Assembly: GCA_027493625.1 (NCBI GenBank)
Contig: JAOSKM010000003.1
Coordinates: forward strand, 599,028-663,027
DNA: 64,000 nucleotides
Source: Planctomycetota bacterium
GTDB taxonomy: Bacteria > Planctomycetota > UBA8742 > UBA2392
Direction of reading: 5' to 3'
Under the pieces are notes generated by a model. That model made no database searches. It was not told the origin of the DNA and saw nothing but the letters and a program-made list of their open reading frames with translations. The position numbers and the translations under genes are program-made. Below, piece by piece: positions 20,997-28,803 of the stretch (position 1 is the first letter of the stretch; the number at the start of each line of letters is the position of its first letter).

Positions 20997-21731
20997 GTGA
21001 CGACGAACCCGGAATCGGTTGCCGAAGCCTTCGCGGACGGGCCTCTCAAGGCCACGCACAAGGCCACGGTGCGCGACGGCAAAAAGCGCGAGAAGCGCCT
21101 GGACCGCCTGCGTCTGCAGGGCTTCTGGCCGGTGTACGCCGCCTTCATCGCGCTGGCGTTGCGCCCACCGCTGGCTGAGGAGCATGTCGCGCTGGTGGTC
21201 ATGCGCTTTGTCGGCCTGGGTTTCGCCCTGCTGGGCGTGGCCATGCGCATCTGGTCTATGGGCTACCTGCTGAAGAAGACCGAACTCGCCACCGCGGGCC
21301 CCTACGGGCGCACGCGCAACCCGCTGTACGTCGGCACCTGGCTGATCGGCTGCGGGCTGGCCCTGCTGGCGGCGTGGCCCTTTAACCTGATACTGCTCAC
21401 GATCTACAACGCGCTGTTTTTCGTGATCTATCGGCTGCAGATCGGCATCGAAGAGGAGATGCTGTCCAGCATCTACGGCGAGCCCTACCGGGTGTACTGC
21501 GCGAACGTGCCGCGCTTCTTCCCGCAGTTGAAGGCCTGGCGCGTGGGCGACGTCAGCCGATTCAGCCTCAAGCGCGCCTTCCAGAATCGCGCCTGGGAGC
21601 CGGTGCTGGGTCTGCTGTTGCTGCTGGCCCTTCAGGTTGCGGCCTGGGGCCTGGTATGGCCGGCGATCAAGGGCGCGGACTTAGGGCAGGCCTGGCGACA
21701 GTTCATCGCCGGCGGCTGGCTGGGCTTCTAG
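20997..21731 (+). CDS. Isoprenylcysteine carboxyl methyltransferase/PEMT family membrane protein
   Basis: GPYGRTRNPLY, EEEML, Y..YCANVPRFFP. Confidence 0.85.
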   Translation: MTTNPESVAEAFADGPLKATHKATVRDGKKREKRLDRLRLQGFWPVYAAFIALALRPPLAEEHVALVVMRFVGLGFALLGVAMRIWSMGYLLKKTELATAGPYGRTRNPLYVGTWLIGCGLALLAAWPFNLILLTIYNALFFVIYRLQIGIEEEMLSSIYGEPYRVYCANVPRFFPQLKAWRVGDVSRFSLKRAFQNRAWEPVLGLLLLLALQVAAWGLVWPAIKGADLGQAWRQFIAGGWLGF

Positions 21732-21880
21732 TCCGGTTCCTGCAGAAGCAGCCCCCGAACGAGCTTCAGCAGCCAAGTCCCGCTCACTCCTCCGAAAAAG
21801 GACTTCAAGGCAGACGTCGATCCGCATCTGTCATTTGCCTGCACCGGATTCGCCGGTTAGTGTGCTGTTGAAAAGGGGGC

Positions 21881-22819
21881 GTGATGACTATCGGTGAGAA
21901 CCTGACTGAATTTGCGGGCTTGCCCGTCGAGGACTTCCGGATGTCCGAGGGCATTTCCAGGCCGGAAAGCGTCTGCTACCGCGTCAGGCTGGACTGGGAC
22001 GAGCACGAGGCGGGCACAACCTTCATGGAGGTGCTCAATCGATTCCTTGACGACCCCAATCTGCCGCGTGTGAAGTCCTTCGTGATCGGCCTGTGGGCGC
22101 CGGAAATGGAGGGGGACGCGCTGCTGGTTGTCAGCAGCCTTGCGTCCGCGGCCGACAGATTGAGGAACCTGGAGGCCCTGTTCGTCGGCGACATCACCTT
22201 CGAAGAGCAGGAGATCTCGTGGATCCAGCAGACGGACATCACGCCGCTGTTTGATTCGCTGCCCAAGCTGAAGACGCTTCGCGTACGCGGCAGTGACGGC
22301 CTGCGCATGGCGTCAGTCCCGCACGCCAACCTGCGCGAGTTTGCCCTGGAGTCCGGCGGCCTGCCGTCACACGTGATCCAGGCCGTGCTCGGCTGCGACT
22401 TCCCGGCACTTGAGCATCTGGAGTTGTGGCTTGGAGACAGCGGCTACGGCTGGGATGGAACCGTCGAACTCCTCGATCCCCTGCTGCAGGGAAAGCTGTT
22501 CCCGAATCTCAAGTACCTGGGCCTGCGAAACTCAGAGATCTCCGACGAAATTGCCGAGGCCATCTCCACGGCGCCCATTCTCGAGAGACTGGAGGTGCTG
22601 GACCTCTCCATGGGAACCCTGGGCGACCGCGGCGCCGACGCGCTGCTGAAGGCCCCGGCGCTAGCTAAGCTCAAGAAGCTGGATGTTCACCACCACTACA
22701 TCTCTGACGACAGGGTCCGGCAGCTGGGCAACAGCGTCAAAGAACTCAATGCCGGTGACAAGCAGGAACCCGATGACTGGGGCGGCGAACAGCATCGCTA
22801 CGTCGCCGTCGCTGAATAG
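21881..22819 (+). CDS. STM4015-family leucine-rich-repeat protein
   Basis: LEALFVGDI..EISWI, LEHLELWLG, LDLSMGTL, C-terminal RYVAVAE. Confidence 0.85.
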   Translation: MMTIGENLTEFAGLPVEDFRMSEGISRPESVCYRVRLDWDEHEAGTTFMEVLNRFLDDPNLPRVKSFVIGLWAPEMEGDALLVVSSLASAADRLRNLEALFVGDITFEEQEISWIQQTDITPLFDSLPKLKTLRVRGSDGLRMASVPHANLREFALESGGLPSHVIQAVLGCDFPALEHLELWLGDSGYGWDGTVELLDPLLQGKLFPNLKYLGLRNSEISDEIAEAISTAPILERLEVLDLSMGTLGDRGADALLKAPALAKLKKLDVHHHYISDDRVRQLGNSVKELNAGDKQEPDDWGGEQHRYVAVAE

Positions 22820-23912
22820 CGCGGGCGGCAGGCGCTCATGGGTGGTTGTCGGCGATCCGGCCGATAACCGCGTGGCGCTTTTTCTGCAGGCGTGCCGCGA
22901 GGCAGATGCACGGGCAGAGGTACTCGACTATCGCGCCGTCCTCGACGACAGCGAGCTCCTCGACGCAATCCCGGACCACACGTTCGTGCGGCTGGAGTCT
23001 CCCGGACGTGCGCCGGATCTCTACCTGCGCCTCCTCGAGATAGGCGGCGGATGCCCGCCGGCGCGAATCCCGAAGGGTCTGATCCTGCAGCCCGACGCCT
23101 GGTTCAGGGGCTTTCATTCGATGCTGCGCGAGATCGGCGGGCGCCTGCAAGGCCGCGTGACCTGGACCGCCCACCCCGACGACATCGTCCACCTGTTCGA
23201 CAAGCCCCGGTGCCAGGCAACCCTGGCGGCGGCGGGCATCGCCGTCCCAAGACAGCTTGGCGCCATCCGCGCCTATGACGAGTTGCGGCGGCGGATGCGA
23301 ACCAATGAGGTCAGCCGCGTGTTCGTCAAGCTCCGCAGCGGCTCTGCGGCTTCCGGCGTCATCGCGTTGCGGACGGCGGGCGACCGCGTGCAGGCCGTCA
23401 CCACCGTGGAGCAGACCGAGTCAGGCCTGTTCAATTCGCGGCGCATCCGCGAGCTGTCCACCGAACGGGACGCGGCCGCCCTGGTGGATGCCCTTTGTGC
23501 TCACCAGGTGTTCGCCGAGGAATGGATCCCGAAGGCAGGGCTGCGCGGACGTACATTTGACATTCGCATCGTGACCGTAGCCGGCGACCCGCAGCACGCC
23601 GTGGTGCGGCTTTCAAAGCACACCATGACCAACCTGCACCTGCTCAACGACCGGGCAAGCGTGGACGAGCTGCGCGGGCGGATGACCGGCGAGGCCTGGG
23701 ATTCCCTGCTGGACTCGTGCCGGCGCGTGGCGCGCCTGTTTCCGCGTACGCTTCAACTGGGACTTGATGTCGCGGTGCTGCCGGGCATGCGTTCCCACCG
23801 GGTGCTCGAAGTCAACGCGTTCGGCGACCTGCTCAAGGGCGTGACCCACGGCGGCCGCAACACCTATGACGCGCAGCTGGCTGCGGTACAGGAGGGCTGG
23901 CGCGGTGAGTGA
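22812..23912 (+). CDS. STM4014-family ATP-grasp-like protein
   Basis: VRLESPG, FVKLRSGSAASG, MTNLHL, LEVNAFGDLL; start approximate. Confidence 0.8.
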   Translation: MNSAGGRRSWVVVGDPADNRVALFLQACREADARAEVLDYRAVLDDSELLDAIPDHTFVRLESPGRAPDLYLRLLEIGGGCPPARIPKGLILQPDAWFRGFHSMLREIGGRLQGRVTWTAHPDDIVHLFDKPRCQATLAAAGIAVPRQLGAIRAYDELRRRMRTNEVSRVFVKLRSGSAASGVIALRTAGDRVQAVTTVEQTESGLFNSRRIRELSTERDAAALVDALCAHQVFAEEWIPKAGLRGRTFDIRIVTVAGDPQHAVVRLSKHTMTNLHLLNDRASVDELRGRMTGEAWDSLLDSCRRVARLFPRTLQLGLDVAVLPGMRSHRVLEVNAFGDLLKGVTHGGRNTYDAQLAAVQEGWRGE

Positions 23913-24513
23913 TTTCGAACTGCTGGTGTTCGACCTCGACGGAACGCTGATCGACCGCGACGGCGCGCTGCTTTCCGCGTGCGAAAAACTCCTCGGTCCG
24001 CGTCCGGCGGAGGCGCAGGGCGAACTCGCTTCGCTGGTGGCAGCTTCCGGCAGTATCCGACGCCTCGCGGCACGGTTCCGATTGCCGGCCGATCAACTGC
24101 GCAAGGCCATGCTGGAGGAGCTTCGCCCGCGGGCGGAAGTTCGGCAGCTGCTGGTGCGGCTGCGAAAGGATCACGGCCTCGTGTTGTACACCAACGGGTC
24201 CGCAGCGGTGCAGCATGCAAAGATTCGCGCGGCCGGCCTGGATGGCTGTTTCGACCGTTACCTGGTGTCAGGCGAGGTCGGACTGCGCAAACCGGACACC
24301 GCGTTCCTGAAGCTCGCCCTCGGCGGAACGCCGGCTGCAGACGCGCTGGTGGTCGGCGACGACCCGCGGCTGGACATCGCGCCGGCCGTCAGTCTGGGCG
24401 CTGCGACCTGCCTGGTGGGAAGCGCGGCGAAGCACGAGGCCGCGCAATCCCGATTTCACGTGGACGATGTGCTGGAGCTCACGGAGGTGTTGGCATGTCC
24501 AGCTTCGACATGA
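23905..24513 (+). CDS. HAD-superfamily hydrolase
   Basis: FDLDGTL, TNG, RKP, VGD...DI. Confidence 0.88.
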   Translation: MSDFELLVFDLDGTLIDRDGALLSACEKLLGPRPAEAQGELASLVAASGSIRRLAARFRLPADQLRKAMLEELRPRAEVRQLLVRLRKDHGLVLYTNGSAAVQHAKIRAAGLDGCFDRYLVSGEVGLRKPDTAFLKLALGGTPAADALVVGDDPRLDIAPAVSLGAATCLVGSAAKHEAAQSRFHVDDVLELTEVLACPAST

Positions 24514-25292
24514 ACGCCATCGTGGGCACGCACGACATTCTGTGGATCACGCTCGATACGCTGCGCTTTGACGTTGCCCGAAAAGCGCTTGCCGAAGGGC
24601 GCACTCCCAACCTGGCCGCGCTGGTTCGTGACGGCTGGGAGCGCCGCCACACACCCGGGAACTTCACGCTTGCCTCGCACGCCGCCTTCTTTGCCGGTTT
24701 TCTTCCGACGCCGGCCACGCCCGGGCCGCACCCGCGGCTGTTCGCGGCCGCGTTCGAGGGCAGCGAAACCACCAGCCCGCACACCTGGGTGTATGAAGCG
24801 GCGGACGTCCCCGGCGGGCTTGCCCGCGCGGGTTACCACACGGTATGCATCGGCGGCGTCGGCTTCTTCAACAAGCGCACCCCTCTCGGCTGCGTGCTGC
24901 CGGGTCTGTTTCGCGAGAGCTTCTGGGAACCTTCTTTCGGGGTGACCGGCCGGGACTCCACCCGGAACCAGGTCGATTGCGCGCTGAACGTGATCCAGCG
25001 CGTGAGGCCATCTCTGCGACTGCTGCTGTTCCTGAACGTGTCCGCCCTGCACCAGCCGAACTGCATCTTCGTGGACGGCCAGACAACGGACAGCCCGCAC
25101 ACGATGGAGGCCGCGCTGTGCTATGTTGATTCACAACTGCAGCCGCTGGTCCGCGCGATGAAGGCACGCGCGCCTCTGTTTTTCATGATCATGTCCGATC
25201 ACGGCACGGCCTACGGCGAGGACGGCTATCGCGGCCATCGTCTCGGCCACCCGGTCGTCTGGGAGGTACCCTATGCCCACGGTATCGCCTGA
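24495..25292 (+). CDS. STM4013-family hydrolase (alkaline phosphatase/sulfatase superfamily)
   Basis: TLDTLRFD, SDHGTAYGEDG..GHR. Confidence 0.85.
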   Translation: MSSFDMNAIVGTHDILWITLDTLRFDVARKALAEGRTPNLAALVRDGWERRHTPGNFTLASHAAFFAGFLPTPATPGPHPRLFAAAFEGSETTSPHTWVYEAADVPGGLARAGYHTVCIGGVGFFNKRTPLGCVLPGLFRESFWEPSFGVTGRDSTRNQVDCALNVIQRVRPSLRLLLFLNVSALHQPNCIFVDGQTTDSPHTMEAALCYVDSQLQPLVRAMKARAPLFFMIMSDHGTAYGEDGYRGHRLGHPVVWEVPYAHGIA

Positions 25293-26634
25293 ACCGAAGC
25301 CGGCCATGAGAGCGGCCGCGGCAAGCATGCAGCAGTTGCTCGCCGGCACGTCGTACGTCAGCTACAGCTACGGCTATCCGCACAAGACGGCATACCGTGC
25401 GCTGAGTCCGCGCAGGCTGCAGGAAGTATGGAACGCCGAGCCGCGGGACGCATTGTTCCTGTACGTTCACATTCCCTTCTGCTCCGTGCGCTGCGGCTTC
25501 TGCAACCTGCTGGCCACAACCGGCGCCGAGGCAAGCCTCGTCCGGCGCTACATCGACACGCTTGAGCGCCAGGCCGTGGCCACCCGCGAGGCAGTCGGGC
25601 GCCGGACCTTCGTGCGGGCCGCCCTGGGCGGCGGCACACCCACCTTTCTGCAACCCGCAGAGCTGCGGCGCGTCCTGGATGTGATGCGCAACACCATGGG
25701 CGCGGACCTGGCCGCAATCCCGACGGGCGTAGAGGTTTCGCCCGAGACTACGGATGGGGAGCGCCTGGCCGTGCTGCAGGAGTTCGGCGTTGACCGCGTC
25801 AGCATCGGCGTGCAGTCATTTGACCAGCGCGAGGCCGGCGCGATGGGCCGCCCGCAGCGCGACGCCGACGTGCACCGGGCCCTGCGACTCATCCGCGACC
25901 ACCACTTCCCGACGTTGAACATCGACCTGATTTATGGCGGTGCCGACCAGACCACCGCCAGCTGGCTGGCCTCGATCCGCACCGCGATCGAGTACCGCCC
26001 TGAAGAACTCTACCTCTACCCCCTGTACGTGCGGCCGCTGACCGGTCTGGGCCGGCGCGGCCAGTCGTGGGATGAACAGAGGATCAGCCTCTACCGGGCG
26101 GGGCGCGACTTCCTGCTCGAGCAGGGCTATCAGCAGGTGTCCATGCGGATGTTCCGCGCGCCCCACGCGCCGACATGCACCGCGCCCGTCTACTGCTGCC
26201 AGCAGGACGGGATGGTGGGCCTGGGTGCGGGGGCGCGCTCGTATACACGCGAGCTGCACTACTCCACGCGTTATGCCGTCGGCAGAGCGGGCGTAAGCGC
26301 CGTGATTGAAGACTATGTCAGCCAGGATGCCGCGGCGCTGGCGACCGTCGACTACGGCTTTGAGATGGACGACGGTGAACGGCGGCGAAGGTTCGTGATC
26401 CAGAGCCTGCTGCAGGCCGAGGGCCTTTCGCGTACGGAGTACCGCGGCGCCTTCGGCTCGGACGCGCTCAATGAAATGCCGGCGCTGCAGGAGCTGCAGC
26501 AGCACGCGCTCGCGACCGTCACCCAGGACCGGGTCTGCCTTACGCCTGCGGGCCTTGAACGGTCAGATGCGATCGGTCCCTGGCTCTACTCGGCCCGCGT
26601 CGGCCGCCTGATGGAGGAGTTCGCGTGGACATAG
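25273..26634 (+). CDS. STM4012-family HemN-like radical SAM protein
   Basis: YPHKTAY, LYVHIPFCSVRCGFC, GGGTPT. Confidence 0.9.
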   Translation: MPTVSPEPKPAMRAAAASMQQLLAGTSYVSYSYGYPHKTAYRALSPRRLQEVWNAEPRDALFLYVHIPFCSVRCGFCNLLATTGAEASLVRRYIDTLERQAVATREAVGRRTFVRAALGGGTPTFLQPAELRRVLDVMRNTMGADLAAIPTGVEVSPETTDGERLAVLQEFGVDRVSIGVQSFDQREAGAMGRPQRDADVHRALRLIRDHHFPTLNIDLIYGGADQTTASWLASIRTAIEYRPEELYLYPLYVRPLTGLGRRGQSWDEQRISLYRAGRDFLLEQGYQQVSMRMFRAPHAPTCTAPVYCCQQDGMVGLGAGARSYTRELHYSTRYAVGRAGVSAVIEDYVSQDAAALATVDYGFEMDDGERRRRFVIQSLLQAEGLSRTEYRGAFGSDALNEMPALQELQQHALATVTQDRVCLTPAGLERSDAIGPWLYSARVGRLMEEFAWT

Positions 26635-27400
26635 GCTTCGACCTGGCGATCCTGTACCGCGGCTCCCTCGAGAGCTGCAACTACGATTGCTGGTACTGCC
26701 CGTTTGCCAAGGCGCAGGACTCGGCGGATTCGCTGGCGGCGGATGCCGCTGGGTTGCAGCGCTTCGTCGACTGGGTCGCAGCCAACCCCACGCGTCGACT
26801 CGGCATTCTGTTCACCCCGTGGGGTGAGGCGCTGGTGCGCGAGTACTACCGCGAAGCGCTGGTTGAGTTGAGCCACCTCCCGCACGTGACGCGCGTGGTG
26901 GCGCAGACCAATCTGTCATATCCGCTCGATTGGCTTGAAAGCGCCGATCGCCGTAGCGCGGCGCTCTGGTGCAGCTATCACCCGAGCCAGACTTCACGCG
27001 AGCGATTCCTGAGCCAGACCGCACGCCTGCGCGAACTCGGCATTCGGCACACCGTGGGAATGGTCGGCCTGAAAGAGGACCTGCCTGAAATCGAGTCGAT
27101 GAGGGCCGCACTGCCGGAACAGACGACGCTTTGGATCAACGCCTACAAGCGTGAAGCGAACTACTACACGGCCGACCAGGTCGCCCGCCTGGGCGCCATT
27201 GACCGGTTCTTCCCGTTGAACAACACGTATCATCCCAGCCGCGGAAAGGCATGCGAAGCGGGCGCGCGCACAATCACGGTCGACGAAAGCGGCGAAGTTC
27301 ACCGATGCCACTTCGTCAACCAGCGCCTGGGCAATCTGTACACCGACGACCTGGCAGCCATGTTGAAGCCCCCCGCGCCCCCGAATAAAAACCCCCCCTC
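26625..27400 (+). CDS. STM4011-family radical SAM protein; 3' end garbled
   Basis: YRGSLESCNYDCWYCPFAK; sequence degenerates into C/G homopolymers from about 27367. Confidence 0.8.
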
Positions 27401-27744
27401 CCCCAACCGAACCCCCCCGGGGGGGGGGAGGGCACGCCCCCGCCCCGCACGGGGGGCACCGACCCCGGCAAAAGAACCGGAGCCCCGAACCACGCTCGGG
27501 TTATGCCGCGCCGGCCGGGATGAGATTCCGAAGTCTCGCGCGAAGCCTGTCCGGGTAGCGCAACGCGCACTCCCACACCACTGCAACGCGCCACGCTCCT
27601 GGACGCTCTGGAACGGACCGGGCAGGAGTGGCCAGAGACGACGTTTTCCGCCATCTTGCGTATTGTCCGCTGTGAAAGAGCCTGCCCCGGGGCGGCATCC
27701 AACCCACTGCCGGGCCGCCTCGCATCAGCAGTAAGTCTGCGTTC

Positions 27745-27782
27745 AAGGCTGGAGCCACCTGTCGGATTTGAACCGACGACCT
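27745..27782 (-). repeat. 38-bp copy of the tRNA-Thr 3' end (identical to 27947-27984)
   Basis: aaggctggagccacctgtcggatttgaaccgacgacct occurs twice. Confidence 0.9.
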
Positions 27783-27878
27783 GCCAGCAGCCCGGTGGGC
27801 TGTCGGCACAGCGAAGCAGCCGGCCGAAGCGCCCGCGTAAGCGAAGCGGCGCGGGCGCAGCCCGCAGGTCGGCGGCGG

Positions 27879-27917
27879 AAAAAAGAAGAGGCGTGCCGAC
27901 ACATTCGGCACGCCTCT
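27879..27917 (-). terminator. Intrinsic terminator after tRNA-Thr
   Basis: AGAGGCGTGCCGA-loop-TCGGCACGCCTCT followed by TCTTTTTT on the minus strand. Confidence 0.75.
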
Positions 27918-27951
27918 AGCCTGGCCTGCCGGCCGAAGCCTTGGCGAAGGC

Positions 27952-28026
27952 TGGAGCCACCTGTCGGATTTGAACCGACGACCTACGCTTTACGAAAGCG
28001 TTGCTCTACCGCTGAGCTAAGGTGGC
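27952..28026 (-). tRNA. tRNA-Thr(CGT)
   Basis: Canonical cloverleaf, loop TTCGTAA, CCA. Confidence 0.96.
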
Positions 28027-28140
28027 TGATTGTCGCGCCTTGGCCGCGCTTGCGCCGCCTGAGGCGTGGGCATGGTCCAATCCACTCCCCCGCCCGTCAA
28101 TGGGGGCAGCCGCACTCCGCTGATTGAACTCGCTGCTGTT

Positions 28141-28707
28141 TCAGCGGGCCGGGGTTTTCAGGCAGTGCTGGGCGATCTCTATAAAATGCTCCAGCGTGGG
28201 CGTTGTGCGGCCGGGGGTTTTGGCGCGGTCGTCCCAGCGCCTTACTGCTATCGCCTGCTGCGCCCAGGGGTTGGCTTCGAACTCCTGCAGCTCCGCCTTG
28301 CCCATGGGGCCGCCCTGCAGTTGCAGCACGTGCACGGACGCGGCCGTGAGCTGGTTTTCGTAGCCGGGCTCGGTGGCGGCCAGATAGCGCTTGGCGGCGA
28401 CGTGCCAGCGGATGGGCTGGGTCACTTCTTCGGGGAATGCGCGCGCCAGCCACTTCTCGGCCACCAGCTCGTGGCCGTCGTCCTGGTTCCAGAAACCCAC
28501 GTAGTTGACGTCCTCCAGCGGCAGGTTGTGGACCATGTGGCCGATGTCGTGCAGCAGCGCCGCGGTGATCATGGCCTCGGGGGCGCGGGCCTTTTCGGCC
28601 TCGCGCGCGGTCTGCAGCGCGTGCTCGAGCTGCGTGACGACTTCGCCGAGGTAGGGTATGTGCCGGTACTTGAAGAAGACCTGCTCGATTTCGGTAAGGA
28701 TCTGCAT
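28141..28707 (-). CDS. HD-domain protein, PhnZ-like
   Basis: YLGE.VTQLEHALQ, AALLHDIGH, HVAAKRYL, SL..QGG-like motif. Confidence 0.85.
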   Translation of the reverse strand: MQILTEIEQVFFKYRHIPYLGEVVTQLEHALQTAREAEKARAPEAMITAALLHDIGHMVHNLPLEDVNYVGFWNQDDGHELVAEKWLARAFPEEVTQPIRWHVAAKRYLAATEPGYENQLTAASVHVLQLQGGPMGKAELQEFEANPWAQQAIAVRRWDDRAKTPGRTTPTLEHFIEIAQHCLKTPAR

Positions 28708-28803
28708 GGCCGCACCGGCCACATTGTAAGCGAAATCACACCCGAAAGGTCATTAAGGAACGAAAAATCCGGGGCCGCGTGGGCGGCCCCGGTTGTTCGT
28801 GGA

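Noticed and set aside
27367..27490. Poly-C/G low-complexity tract as a biological feature
   Set aside because: It replaces the expected Cys-rich end of the radical SAM gene with homopolymer smear, typical of a low-quality read or gap fill
28141..28707. Phosphonate degradation pathway
   Set aside because: Only a lone PhnZ-like HD gene; no partner dioxygenase or transporter in the window
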